IMG/VR virus record: IMGVR_UViG_3300048582_000144
Coordinates: 1 to 58,047 of that record
DNA from: a virus
Taxonomy: Duplodnaviria; Caudoviricetes
Reading direction: 5' to 3' (one strand)
DNA: 58,047 bases
The position numbers were made by a program, and so were the translations under genes. Of the stretch, positions 46,392 through 55,706 are shown one piece after another. The notes under the pieces are model-generated. The model worked only from the letters and a program-made list of their open reading frames with translations, ran no database searches and was not told the DNA's origin. Positions within the stretch are counted from its first letter, which is position 1. Each line of letters begins with the position of its first letter.

Positions 46392-46594
46392 CAGCCACCC
46401 CGCCAAAAACCCTCAACCTCCAAATCGTCACCGAGCAGTTTGCCGCGGCAGTCGCCACAATGGAACTGGCATGGACCAACCTTAAAGCCGACCGCGAGAA
46501 CAGAAGATTGCTTGTCCGCTACATCCGCGCCCTTCGCCGCTGCGAACGCCTCCGCCAGACACTCGACCATCTCCTCAAAACCGGAAACCTATAA
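46388..46594 (+). CDS. hypothetical protein
   Basis: ATGA overlap. Confidence 0.55.
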   Translation: MTATPPKTLNLQIVTEQFAAAVATMELAWTNLKADRENRRLLVRYIRALRRCERLRQTLDHLLKTGNL

Positions 46595-46599
46595 CTCAG

Positions 46600-46899
46600 A
46601 TGAAAAGATCCGAAAAACTATCCCTAAAATCCCGCCGACACTATCGTCGCTCCATGCTCTCGCTTGTGCTGTCAGTCGCAGGCGCGTCATGGGCATCCAC
46701 GGCTTTTCTGAGCGACAGCGAATCCCCGGGGGGGTGGTTCGTAGTTGCCGCCGTGGGTGCCCTTATGGCCTCCATATTAGCATTCATTGTCTTTATCTGG
46801 CTACTGATGGAGGCCATCCGCTTGGGCTACGTCGCCCGATCCGAAGTCGCTGCCGAAAACAACTGGAAGCGTGAAAGCGAGGAACTCCCGAGCCTCTAA
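46600..46899 (+). CDS. membrane protein
   Basis: Two hydrophobic segments. Confidence 0.6.
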   Translation: MKRSEKLSLKSRRHYRRSMLSLVLSVAGASWASTAFLSDSESPGGWFVVAAVGALMASILAFIVFIWLLMEAIRLGYVARSEVAAENNWKRESEELPSL

Positions 46900-46910
46900 C
46901 CAACCAATGG

Positions 46911-47318
46911 ATGCCGCAAGACAATGACCATTGCCTTACACCTGAAGAACTGCCGCTGGGCTTTGACCTCATCATCGAAACCGGCGGCAACCTCGCCGAG
47001 GCACGGCGACTCACCATCACCATCCGCAAAGCCCGCCCCGCCTACATCGTCCGACTCGGACCCAACCGCTTCTCAGTCTGGGCATCCAGCCCCGAAGAGT
47101 GGCCACCACCACACCGCCCACAACCCTCTCCCATGAACATCACCACTACCGACACACCGTTACCCGCTCCAATCGCAAAGCAACTTTCCGACCTGGAGGC
47201 GCGGCATAAAGCCCACCAAGCGATGTTGAATCGCCACCACGAGGACAAGCACGACCGCCGCGAGGAGCACCGCGCGAGGAAGTTCCGCCGGTCGGTCCCT
47301 CCGATCCTGCTTCTGTAA
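46911..47318 (+). CDS. hypothetical protein (start uncertain)
   Basis: ORF in the early operon. Confidence 0.45.
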   Translation: MPQDNDHCLTPEELPLGFDLIIETGGNLAEARRLTITIRKARPAYIVRLGPNRFSVWASSPEEWPPPHRPQPSPMNITTTDTPLPAPIAKQLSDLEARHKAHQAMLNRHHEDKHDRREEHRARKFRRSVPPILLL

Positions 47319-47414
47319 CTACTACCCCGCCAATGCTCCCCGTCTGGCCGGCGCGGGAATCGAGTAAGGCAAGTCGATCCGGCCACCCTCTCCCAAAACA
47401 CAGCACACACAGAC

Positions 47415-48296
47415 ATGAGCACCAACACCATCGAAGCCGAAGTCGTCACCGACGACTCGCCCCTGATCCTCGCCGGCACTGGCTACAGCCTCGCCATCGC
47501 GCCGTCCTATCAGAAAAAGAAGGACGAGCTTTTGAAGCACGCCGGGATGATCGTCACCATCAAGGATCCGGCCAGCGATACCGCCGCCGACATCCAAATC
47601 AAAGCACTCGCCGCCATGCGGATCGAAGTCGAGAAATCCCGCGAAGCCAAAAAGCGCCCTGCGTTGGATTTCGGGAAACTGGTGGACACAACCGCCAAAG
47701 AATTTGTCTCCGCGATCACTGCCGAGGAAGACCGCGTGAAAAAGCTTCGCGGCGATTATGCGGCCGCCGTCCTCGCCGAGCGCAACCGCATCCTCCGTGA
47801 GGCCGAGGCCAAGCGCCAGGCAGAGGAGAAAGCGAAGCGTGAGGCAGAAGCCGCCGCAGCCAAAGCAGAAGCGGAACGCCTCGCCGCCGAAGCTGCCGCC
47901 GAGGAAGCACGACGGAAGGCCGAGGAGGACGCCTTCAATGCAGTCTCCCCCGAAGAGGAAGCCGCCGCCGCCAAAGCTGCCGAGGAGGCCAAGGCGAAAT
48001 CCGCGGCACTGGCAGCCGCCGAAGCCGCCCGCATCGCAGCGGAGAAAGCGGAGTCCGATCGAAAGGCAGCGGAGGTTGTCGTTCCTGAGTTTGTGCCGGA
48101 AGCTCCGAAGGGAGTGAAGATGGTTCCCGAGTATGAAGTCCTCGACCTCGACAAGTTATACCGTCACGACGCTGGACTCGTCACCCTAACCGAGCGCCGG
48201 AAGGAGATTCTTGCCGCCATCGCCGCCGGGATGAACGGAGACACGCCACCGGAGATTCCCGGCCTGCGGGTGTTCATGAAGCCCCAGGTGAGATAA
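47415..48296 (+). CDS. coiled-coil phage protein of the recombination module
   Basis: Ala/Glu/Lys coiled coil; C-terminal YEVLD...EIPGLRVF. Confidence 0.7.
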   Translation: MSTNTIEAEVVTDDSPLILAGTGYSLAIAPSYQKKKDELLKHAGMIVTIKDPASDTAADIQIKALAAMRIEVEKSREAKKRPALDFGKLVDTTAKEFVSAITAEEDRVKKLRGDYAAAVLAERNRILREAEAKRQAEEKAKREAEAAAAKAEAERLAAEAAAEEARRKAEEDAFNAVSPEEEAAAAKAAEEAKAKSAALAAAEAARIAAEKAESDRKAAEVVVPEFVPEAPKGVKMVPEYEVLDLDKLYRHDAGLVTLTERRKEILAAIAAGMNGDTPPEIPGLRVFMKPQVR

Positions 48297-48299
48297 CAC

Positions 48300-48390
48300 T
48301 TTGGTCGGAAGACCCGGCAGGGAACGTCCCGGGAGAGGTATTCAAGAACCTTTAGTGTAACGCCAGCTTGAGAATTGCACGCCGACCAAA
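48300..48390 (+). ncRNA. candidate four-way-junction RNA
   Basis: TTTGGTCGG/CCGACCAAA, CCCGG/CCGGG, AGAGGT/ACCTTT, GTGTAA/TTGCAC. Confidence 0.4.
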
Positions 48391-48400
48391 CCCACAAAAG

Positions 48401-48451
48401 AAACACCTGTCCCTCGCAAGGGGGGCGGGTTTTGGAGGCGAAAGCCAACAC
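48401..48451 (+). repeat. about 50-bp structured leader element, copy 2
   Basis: ACCTGTCCCTC-GCAA-GGGGGGCGGGT hairpin, T run, GGC-GAAA-GCC, AACAC. Confidence 0.8.
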
Positions 48452-48459
48452 GCACAGAA

Positions 48460-48762
48460 ATGAAAATCATCGGACATACAAATCACGGGTACCTTTGCGA
48501 AGTCTCAAAGGATGAAATGAAACTTTCCACCGGGAAAGATGAGCCATGGAGTCATGACAGCCACGCGCACCCAGTCGGCAACATCGTTAACTGCATCAAT
48601 GTTTCAAAGCATGCCAAGAACATGAAATACACTATCGAGCAGCGAAAGAAGGCCGCCGAACAGCTCCGAGCCGTCGCCACTATCATCGAGCAAGTTCCTG
48701 AAACGTTCACAGCACCGGAAGAAATTGAAGCACTTAACGGCGCGGAACCTCATTCGGCGTAA
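48460..48762 (+). CDS. hypothetical protein (moron-like)
   Basis: ORF directly after the repeated leader; more AT-rich than its neighbours. Confidence 0.6.
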   Translation: MKIIGHTNHGYLCEVSKDEMKLSTGKDEPWSHDSHAHPVGNIVNCINVSKHAKNMKYTIEQRKKAAEQLRAVATIIEQVPETFTAPEEIEALNGAEPHSA

Positions 48763-48772
48763 CACAAGACCA

Positions 48773-48949
48773 ATGAACGACTACGAGATCGTCGCCACCT
48801 ACTCCGACCAGACCCTCGCGGGAGTCATCCGCGACCTGAGCACGGGCAAGGCATGGTGGCCCGATAAATCCCGGCTCCAAGCCGCCATCCACGAACAGAA
48901 CCTCCGCAAACTCCACGAGCACCAACAAGACACACAATCCGAACAATGA
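48773..48949 (+). CDS. hypothetical protein
   Basis: Overlaps the recT start. Confidence 0.5.
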   Translation: MNDYEIVATYSDQTLAGVIRDLSTGKAWWPDKSRLQAAIHEQNLRKLHEHQQDTQSEQ

Positions 48950-50247
48950 GCACAGAACTATCCACACAGCCGATGACCATCATCGACTCCCCCGCCGTCG
49001 CCAACCTGATGAATCCGCAGCGGTTCAATCAGATGATGATGATCGCCCAAACCATGGCTTCCGCCTCACTCATCCCCGAACATCTCCTTGGCCGCAAGAA
49101 GGGCGGCACGATGGAATGGTTCACCGCCGATGAAGTCCGAGCCAACTGCTTCCTCGTCGTCAACCAAGCATTCCGCTGGGAAATGGATCCGTTCGCTGTC
49201 GCGGCGGAAACCTACGTCGTCGGCGGCAAGCTGGGATTTCAAGGAAAGCTGGTGAAGGCAGCCGTCATGTCGCTGGCCGGCGTCGAACTCCGCCAGGCGT
49301 TCAACTCCAAACAAGGGCCGGACCTCGCCATCGTCGTTTACTCGACCCCGAACAACCGCGATGTCACCGAGTCCGAGCGGATCAAGATCGCCGCCTATGC
49401 CGAGACGGAAGACCGCGTTGCCATGAGTGAACTGGAGTTCTCCGGAATCAAGGCTGTCCGAGTCTCGGTTGCCCAAGCGAAAACCGACAATTCCATGTGG
49501 ACCAAGGATCCCGAGCAGAAGCTGGGTTACACCGGAGCAACAAAATGGGCACGCCGCCACAAGCCACAAATCATCCTTGGCGTACAGACCGACGATGACC
49601 TCGATTCGATGGACATGCGCGAGGCCCGCGGCCACGTTGTCGAACCCACCACTACGAAGGTCATTACTGGCAGCGACAGCACGCCACAGCCCGCCGCAGC
49701 AAAGCCCGCACCCGCAAAGGCACCGAAGGGAGCCAAGGCCGCACCAAAGGCGCAGGAAGCCGAGCCAGAAGCTGATATGCCAGAGCGGATGGACATGGTG
49801 AACGACCTCCGCGATGCCTACCAAGCCGCTGGGGTAAAAACCGGGCCGGAGGCGGAAGCCGTAATGCGCGAACACGGGCTTCTCCCAGTAGGAGTCGGGG
49901 TCGGTGGACTCAAAGACGTAAAACAGCTTTTTGCAATATGGGTGAGACGCGAAGAATTGTTTCCACCGATGGCCCCCCAAGCCATCCACGCCTTTTACAA
50001 AAGCCACACCGTTCGGAGATCCCCCGATGACTCCGAAAAGAAATGGACATGTTGGCAGCTCCAATACGAGGAGGCCGGCGGCGACGGCACAGTCAAGGAT
50101 GCGGTCACGTTCTCCAGCACGTTCGGGAAGATCCTCGACGGGCTCGAAGGTGAGGAAGCGATTCTCCTGACAGTGAAGAGCGGAGAGAAGGGCGATAGCA
50201 TCCAAACGCTGGCTCTCGCGCCAGCAGAGGGGAGGGCCGAAGCATGA
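48946..50247 (+). CDS. recT: RecT-family single-strand annealing protein
   Basis: ANCFLVVNQAFRW.MDPFAVA..TYVV.GKLGFQGKLV; W..DPEQKL.Y....WARRH.P.IILGV.T.DD. Confidence 0.85.
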   Translation: MSTELSTQPMTIIDSPAVANLMNPQRFNQMMMIAQTMASASLIPEHLLGRKKGGTMEWFTADEVRANCFLVVNQAFRWEMDPFAVAAETYVVGGKLGFQGKLVKAAVMSLAGVELRQAFNSKQGPDLAIVVYSTPNNRDVTESERIKIAAYAETEDRVAMSELEFSGIKAVRVSVAQAKTDNSMWTKDPEQKLGYTGATKWARRHKPQIILGVQTDDDLDSMDMREARGHVVEPTTTKVITGSDSTPQPAAAKPAPAKAPKGAKAAPKAQEAEPEADMPERMDMVNDLRDAYQAAGVKTGPEAEAVMREHGLLPVGVGVGGLKDVKQLFAIWVRREELFPPMAPQAIHAFYKSHTVRRSPDDSEKKWTCWQLQYEEAGGDGTVKDAVTFSSTFGKILDGLEGEEAILLTVKSGEKGDSIQTLALAPAEGRAEA

Positions 50248-50498
50248 ACACGATCAACAACGGCGGTCCTGCTTTCCCTACAGTCAACAGCCAAGGCGGA
50301 TTCATGGGAGCGGGCATGTCCCTCCGCGCTTGGCTTACAGGGATGGCCTTGCAGGGGATTCTTTCCAATAAGGAAACCGTTCCAATCATGTCCAGCCTTT
50401 TTGATCAAGGCGAGGAACCCGACCAAGAAATAGCGAGGCTCTCACTTAAATTCGCTGATGCAGTGCTCGCCAATCTCGAATGGAAGGAGGAAGCATGA
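50244..50498 (+). CDS. conserved small phage protein (GGPAFP...GMSLR)
   Basis: Common phage motif. Confidence 0.75.
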   Translation: MNTINNGGPAFPTVNSQGGFMGAGMSLRAWLTGMALQGILSNKETVPIMSSLFDQGEEPDQEIARLSLKFADAVLANLEWKEEA

Positions 50499-51004
50499 AC
50501 ACGCTGCACCTCTGGATGGGAATCGCCATCGGCACCATCACCGCGCTTCTGATCATCCTTGCTATCATTCACTTTGCTGGAAATGCGAACGCAGAGAAAG
50601 CGAAGGTCGCAGGAGACCGCAACTTTGCCGAACTCCAACGCCGGAACAACATCGGTGATTCGCAGGTGAACGCCTTGTGGGAAATTGCTACCCACCTCGC
50701 CAAACAGAACAACCTCATTGCCCCAAGCGAAGACTGGGACGATCTGGACGATGACGACGAGGACCGCGTGGACAAGCTCGCCGAGATGAAGCGCAAGAAG
50801 GAGTCATGGCAGGCGGAAACAATCCGGCTGGAGAATGAGTTGATCCGGGTGAGTGAAGAGCGGAACGCGCTCACCGTCGCGGCGGAGTCATTCATCGAGG
50901 GATACGAAAAACTCTCACCGCAGGCGACGGCGGCCCAAATCTTCCGGCCTACCTTGCGCCTCACGAAAGCGGCAATCTCAATCACAGCAAGGAGGGCCGA
51001 GTGA
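50495..51004 (+). CDS. membrane-anchored hypothetical protein
   Basis: N-terminal hydrophobic helix followed by a coiled coil. Confidence 0.6.
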   Translation: MNTLHLWMGIAIGTITALLIILAIIHFAGNANAEKAKVAGDRNFAELQRRNNIGDSQVNALWEIATHLAKQNNLIAPSEDWDDLDDDDEDRVDKLAEMKRKKESWQAETIRLENELIRVSEERNALTVAAESFIEGYEKLSPQATAAQIFRPTLRLTKAAISITARRAE

Positions 51005-51624
51005 GCTACACCGTCCACACCATGCCCCAACGCTCGCCTGAGTGGCTGGCTATCCGTCGCGGAAAGATCACGGGATCATCGGTCGGCAAGTTCGTTTACA
51101 ATACAGACAAGAAGTCTCTCGACGCTCGCGTAAACCTGATAGATACCATCATTGGCGAGGAAGCCGATGGCGACGACTGCGAGCCCGGCTATGAGACGTA
51201 TTGGATGAAGCGAGGCACCCGATTGGAACCGCAAGCCCTTGCCGCTTACGAGGCATACACGGGAAACGAGATCGAGCAGGTGGGATTTGTCAGCCACAAC
51301 ACGCTGCCGCTTGGAGTCTCGCCCGACGCGCTGGTCAGCGGTCGCGCTTTCGGGCTCGAAATGAAGTGCCCCGGAGGCAAAGTGGCCTACAAGCGCATCC
51401 GTGAGAAAGTCTGCCCAGAAGAATACCTGCCGCAGATATGGCTCTCGATGATCGTGATGGATGTTCCCGAATGGCACTTCTGGTCATGGCATCCCAAGAT
51501 TCCAGCGTTTCACACCATCGTTCGGCGGTCGGACATCCCTGCCGGATTTGAACCAGGAGTGATTGCGCTTTGCAACGAACTCACCCGGCAGAAAGCAGAG
51601 ATCGAAGCCATGATGGCAGACTAA
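51001..51624 (+). CDS. YqaJ/lambda-exonuclease family protein
   Basis: QRSPEW...RRGKITGS, RG..LEP.A...YE, SPDAL, LEMKCP, Y.PQ. Confidence 0.92.
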   Translation: MSYTVHTMPQRSPEWLAIRRGKITGSSVGKFVYNTDKKSLDARVNLIDTIIGEEADGDDCEPGYETYWMKRGTRLEPQALAAYEAYTGNEIEQVGFVSHNTLPLGVSPDALVSGRAFGLEMKCPGGKVAYKRIREKVCPEEYLPQIWLSMIVMDVPEWHFWSWHPKIPAFHTIVRRSDIPAGFEPGVIALCNELTRQKAEIEAMMAD

Positions 51625-51637
51625 CGGAAAGCAACCA

Positions 51638-52258
51638 ATGACCACCCCATCACCAATCATCGTCTGCGGACTCCCTCGATGCGGATCCAGCCTCACCCTG
51701 CAAATGCTCGACGCCGCTGGCATCCGATGCGACGGCGAACACCCGACATTCGAGAGCGACCAGAAGCGCGTCCTCAAGCCCCGCACCGCAGAATACATCC
51801 GCGAGTGGCAGGACGGAGCCGTAAAGGTCCTCGAACCCCACGTCATGACCCTGCCGGAGGGATTCCACTATCGTTTCCTGTTCCTCACTCGGAGTCGCCG
51901 CCAGCAAGCGCTCTCGCAGTTGAAATTCATGCGACTGATTGGAGTGCTCACTGGACACGTCGATGACTACCAGATTGCCGAATACGAGCGGCGGTTGAGG
52001 GAAGACGAAGCGAAGTCACTGCAAGCCATCACCGGCCACATCGGGAGCGTGCTCAAGATCCGCTTCGAGGACCTGATTGCGCGGACGGAATCCGCCGTGG
52101 ACCGCATCGTATGGTTCCTGCAACTCACACCGGAGCAGAAGGAACAGATGATCGCCAAGGTTCGCCCGCGGTCGGTGTCGGTCTATCCCGGGATGCTGGA
52201 ACTGGAGCTGATTCAAGAGCGGGAAGCGGCGAGGGAGAAAGGAGGAGCGGAGTCATGA
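51638..52258 (+). CDS. sulfotransferase-family (P-loop) protein
   Basis: IIVCGLPRCGSSL..QML, FLTR......SQ, IRFEDL. Confidence 0.75.
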   Translation: MTTPSPIIVCGLPRCGSSLTLQMLDAAGIRCDGEHPTFESDQKRVLKPRTAEYIREWQDGAVKVLEPHVMTLPEGFHYRFLFLTRSRRQQALSQLKFMRLIGVLTGHVDDYQIAEYERRLREDEAKSLQAITGHIGSVLKIRFEDLIARTESAVDRIVWFLQLTPEQKEQMIAKVRPRSVSVYPGMLELELIQEREAAREKGGAES

Positions 52259-52668
52259 GCGCCGACGAACTCAAACGACTTGGAGAAACCCTTTCCGCCA
52301 TCGCTGAAGGAGCAGAGTGGGAATGCCAATGGGAGGAAAAAGGATGGGCACACCCCAACGGGCGCGATGTCGAATACTGCATTGCCAACCGTATCCCCAT
52401 CCGCATCAAGCAACTCTCACATTTTGAAGAGAACTGCCACATGCTCGGAGTCGATCTTGCCGACGAGAAGGCTTACCACGAAACCGTCAACAAGGTGCTG
52501 AATGCAATTTACGCCATCATCACCAACCCACATGCCGACCTTGGCGACATGATCTACAAGGTTCGCGAAGGAGCAGATGGCGACTGGAACGCGCCGGAAG
52601 TGACATCGTGGAGCGAGGCTGTCGTCACGCTCACCACCACATTCGCGGAATATCGCAAACTCTCCTAA
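52255..52668 (+). CDS. hypothetical protein
   Basis: ATGA overlap. Confidence 0.6.
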   Translation: MSADELKRLGETLSAIAEGAEWECQWEEKGWAHPNGRDVEYCIANRIPIRIKQLSHFEENCHMLGVDLADEKAYHETVNKVLNAIYAIITNPHADLGDMIYKVREGADGDWNAPEVTSWSEAVVTLTTTFAEYRKLS

Positions 52669-52678
52669 CCCCACCACC

Positions 52679-52888
52679 ATGAGCACAACCCCAGGCCACC
52701 GAGCCAGAAAAGCCGAACTCCGCAGAGCGGAGCCATATAACACCTACCAGAACGCCAGCCCTCACAGGCAGTCGAGCCACGCAAACAGCGTGACCATCGC
52801 CAGCCTGAAAGCCGACCGACTGGCTTGGAAGAATTTCCGCCGCGCCAAGCACGGGCTGCCACCGAAGGCCACCTATGCGGAAATCTAA
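52679..52888 (+). CDS. small basic hypothetical protein
   Basis: ORF in the operon. Confidence 0.5.
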   Translation: MSTTPGHRARKAELRRAEPYNTYQNASPHRQSSHANSVTIASLKADRLAWKNFRRAKHGLPPKATYAEI

Positions 52889-52923
52889 CCGTCTCCCCAA
52901 CCCCAAACCAACAATAGAGCACC

Positions 52924-53457
52924 ATGCAATTAAACAGCATCGCCATCGACAACAAATCCGTCATCATGCGAGTGACGGCCAACAAAGACACCGACGACAC
53001 CAACGACTTGGTTGAATCGAAAATCACCGCCAAGGAGGAGCCGCTTCCATCCCTCACCAAAGCATGGGCAGCGCTGCCAGCCGTGTTCTGCGAGATCATG
53101 GAGCTTCCGCCGGAATACACCGAAGGTCTGACCATCACCCGTCTTGCCATTCGCCGCACCAAGCAGGGCACCCGCAGCGTGATTCTTCACGCCACGAAGC
53201 AACTGGAATGCAGGTCGGAGTTTCTTCATGAAATCTCCGCCCCGTGCGTGCAGGTGGACAAGGCCGCGGACGGCGAGTCGGGAGCCGTGCAGATCGAAAA
53301 GAAGATGTGCACCGCCATCACCAAGGTCATCCATGAAAGCGAAAGGTATCTGGCCGGCGAACGCAGCCAGACGCTTCTCGACTTCGATCAGGCGAAGGCC
53401 GGACTCCAAGCCCTTGCCGACAAAGGCCAAGACCTCCTGTCTGGCGTCGGCAACTGA
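52924..53457 (+). CDS. hypothetical phage protein (YLAGERSQ motif)
   Basis: ORF in the operon with phage-like codon usage. Confidence 0.65.
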   Translation: MQLNSIAIDNKSVIMRVTANKDTDDTNDLVESKITAKEEPLPSLTKAWAALPAVFCEIMELPPEYTEGLTITRLAIRRTKQGTRSVILHATKQLECRSEFLHEISAPCVQVDKAADGESGAVQIEKKMCTAITKVIHESERYLAGERSQTLLDFDQAKAGLQALADKGQDLLSGVGN

Positions 53458-53479
53458 AGCACCCACCTGCACCCACCAC

Positions 53480-53857
53480 ATGCCAACCATCCACTACCTC
53501 CGAACCGGCCGCAAACTGCGAGCCACCGGGACCGTCCTCGACCGAGGCGAAAACGGAATGCTCAAGGTGAAGCCGTCCCGCGATTCGTGGGGTAGTGTGT
53601 GGTTGACTGCGGAGGAGGTTGCAGCAGGCAAAGGAAAGTCCCCGCAGGCCCCGCGCAAGGCGGCAGACGCCAAGCCCAAGCGCGAGAAGAAGCCGAAGCC
53701 CGCACCGGTGCCGCGGTGGAAGGAACTGGTCGTGTTTGCGCGCATCTGTGTGACCACTTGGCCGGATAGCGAATATCAGAACGTTCCGACAAAAATACTG
53801 CGCGAATTGGCCGATGAACTCGAAGCCGCGCAAACCATTTTCCAATCGAAGCCATGA
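53480..53857 (+). CDS. hypothetical protein
   Basis: Overlaps the start of the next gene. Confidence 0.55.
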   Translation: MPTIHYLRTGRKLRATGTVLDRGENGMLKVKPSRDSWGSVWLTAEEVAAGKGKSPQAPRKAADAKPKREKKPKPAPVPRWKELVVFARICVTTWPDSEYQNVPTKILRELADELEAAQTIFQSKP

Positions 53858-54207
53858 GCACCCGCCAAAAAGTGAACGACAAGTGGACCGTCTATGATCC
53901 GCCGTGGGTTGAGACCGTTCCCAACGAACCATTCCGCTACCGTGTGGAATCAAAATCGTTGTCGGACATTTTCCACTTCGTCGATCTCACCGCCCGCAAC
54001 GGTCACGGTCGTTGTTCCTGCGTATTTTTCCAAATGGTCGCCGAACCAAACTTCCGTCGGCATGGCAACTGGATTCCATACGCCCCTGGTCGCGAGGGAG
54101 TCAGTGAGTGCAAGCATATCCGCGCGGCCTTCGACCATTACCACCTCTACGTCACCTGCCCGATGCTCGCGTCATTCGCAGACGGGATTCCTAATACTTT
54201 ACATTGA
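53854..54207 (+). CDS. SWIM-type zinc finger protein
   Basis: CSC...CKH motif. Confidence 0.7.
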   Translation: MSTRQKVNDKWTVYDPPWVETVPNEPFRYRVESKSLSDIFHFVDLTARNGHGRCSCVFFQMVAEPNFRRHGNWIPYAPGREGVSECKHIRAAFDHYHLYVTCPMLASFADGIPNTLH

Positions 54208-54833
54208 AACCACTTTTGCCGCCCGCCATGGTCCCCACATCACTCAAAGGAAAGGAATTCGAAACGCTGATTCTCGAAGCTGCAAGGCGCGAGGAAGCCA
54301 GTGGAGGATTGACTCTCTCTCGCTACGGCGTGCAAGGCGTCATCTTCGGGGGTAAGACTATTCTCGTCCCCTCACTTCCAGACTTTGATGGATGCTTGGC
54401 CGGCGGGCGGCAAATCATCATCGAGGCAAAGTGCATGCAGGGTGCTTCGTTCCCCCTCAATGACGACAAGTTCAAGAACCGACAGTATGCCCACATGGCA
54501 AAGCGTGCTGAGTTCGGCGCACTATGCTTCCTTCTAATCCACTTCGCGGAACGCCGTCTAATGTCCAAGAACGATCCGGGCATGACAATTGCCGTTCCCG
54601 TGAGTGCCCGCCATCCGTTCTGGATGCTATACGAACAAGGCGAACGCAAAAGCCTCCCGCGCGACGAAGCGCAATCCATTGGGCAAATCGTCCCTTGGAC
54701 CATCCCCAGAGGCTGCCGCAAAGCGCTCCCTGACCTTCTCTCGTTCCTGTGGCCGGAAGCCCGCAGTATCCAACTCGAAACAGCAAAACCAAGCTCTCCC
54801 CAGCCCGGCGAACTCCCCTTGGACAACGACTAA
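54204..54833 (+). CDS. recU: RecU-like Holliday junction resolvase
   Basis: GKEFE, PDFDG....G..IIIEAK, NRQY; stop codon lies inside the first attC. Confidence 0.78.
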   Translation: MKPLLPPAMVPTSLKGKEFETLILEAARREEASGGLTLSRYGVQGVIFGGKTILVPSLPDFDGCLAGGRQIIIEAKCMQGASFPLNDDKFKNRQYAHMAKRAEFGALCFLLIHFAERRLMSKNDPGMTIAVPVSARHPFWMLYEQGERKSLPRDEAQSIGQIVPWTIPRGCRKALPDLLSFLWPEARSIQLETAKPSSPQPGELPLDND

Positions 54834-54910
54834 GCCCATGCACGCCGACCCAAACATATCGAATCCAAGCAGCAACGCCCCCGGCGTTGCATGCGGCGAC
54901 CTTGTTCTGG
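54821..54910 (-). mobile_element. attC-like site (distal end of the array)
   Basis: R'' CCAGAAC ... R' GTTGTCC. Arms GCC-CATGCA-CGCCG versus GCCGCATGCAACGCCG. Confidence 0.85.
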
Positions 54911-55122
54911 ATTGCGATTTCTGCGGTAAGCCTGCCGAGTCCGTGGTAACTCATCAAGGCACAGGTAAAATATGGAGAGCCTGCACCGAGTGCATCGACA
55001 TCCGGCGCATGAGGCGGCGGTCTACGCCCTACAACGTAGAAATTATCCAGAACGATCAAGGCCATGCGATCCGGACCGGGAGCGCCGCGCCGCCAACACC
55101 CAGAACTAACGAATCACCCTGA
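54838..55122 (+). CDS. small zinc-finger-like protein (CDFC...CTEC), cassette-borne
   Basis: Starts inside one attC and stops inside the next; core ends GTTCTGG/CCAGAAC. Confidence 0.6.
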   Translation: MHADPNISNPSSNAPGVACGDLVLDCDFCGKPAESVVTHQGTGKIWRACTECIDIRRMRRRSTPYNVEIIQNDQGHAIRTGSAAPPTPRTNESP

Positions 55123-55171
55123 AAATCCAACAAGGGAGCGGGTCCGGGTCGCATGCGCTGCCTTGTTATGC
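55047..55171 (-). mobile_element. attC-like site
   Basis: R'' GCATAAC ... R' GTTCTGG. Arms GC-CATGCGATCCGGACC versus GCGCATGCGACCCGGACC. Confidence 0.87.
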
Positions 55172-55203
55172 TCTTCGAGAATCTCCGAAAACTATACGAC
55201 AAT

Positions 55204-55401
55204 ATGAAAAAATCAACACTCTACGCATTAATCCAAGGGGCCTCAATAGGTGTGGTTGTTCTCACGCTCGGGTATAATCCGCTGCAATGGGAGTGGTGGG
55301 CATTAATTATCTCGCTGAACGTAGCTTTGGTTTGCAGTTCTCTGCATAACGCCGATGTGGATACGCGGCGCGCAGATGCCCGAACTCAACAAGGCGGCTA
55401 G
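55204..55401 (+). CDS. small two-helix membrane protein, cassette-borne
   Basis: Core ends GTTATGC/GCATAAC; AT-rich. Confidence 0.6.
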   Translation: MKKSTLYALIQGASIGVVVLTLGYNPLQWEWWALIISLNVALVCSSLHNADVDTRRADARTQQGG

Positions 55402-55430
55402 TCGCCGTCGCCAGCATGCACTTGTTAGCG
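55344..55430 (-). mobile_element. attC-like site, chimeric
   Basis: 55347-55410 is identical to 57028-57091, but the last part of the arm differs and pairs poorly; R'' CGCTAAC. Confidence 0.8.
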
Positions 55431-55474
55431 GGCCGAATTACCGAACAACTCAACCAACACGAAAGACCAAAACT

Positions 55475-55702
55475 ATGGGACAAGCCAAACAGCGCGGAAC
55501 CTTCGAGGAACGCCGCCAGCAATCAATCGACCGCGCCGAAGCGGAGAGGCTGGAACGCCAACGCAAGGAAGCGGAATGGTGGAACTCTCTCACCGACGAG
55601 CAAAAGGAAAACGTGCGCCAGAACCGCGCGCGCCGCGCCCGAAACATGCAGGCAATGGCCGCGTGGATGGGTCTTGGCTACTCACTCGGCGGGAGGTTCT
55701 AA
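55475..55702 (+). CDS. small phage protein (MGQAK.RGTFEER motif), cassette-borne
   Basis: Core ends GTTAGCG/CGCTAAC. Confidence 0.7.
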   Translation: MGQAKQRGTFEERRQQSIDRAEAERLERQRKEAEWWNSLTDEQKENVRQNRARRARNMQAMAAWMGLGYSLGGRF

Positions 55703-55706
55703 GTCC

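Noticed and set aside
54204-54827. recU as a cassette
   Set aside because: I found no upstream attC and no GTTGTCC core; it appears to be the fixed flank.
55041-55048. AATTATCC as the other half of an attI-like site
   Set aside because: It lies inside a cassette whose cores (GTTCTGG/CCAGAAC) already match; the array continues to 54821.
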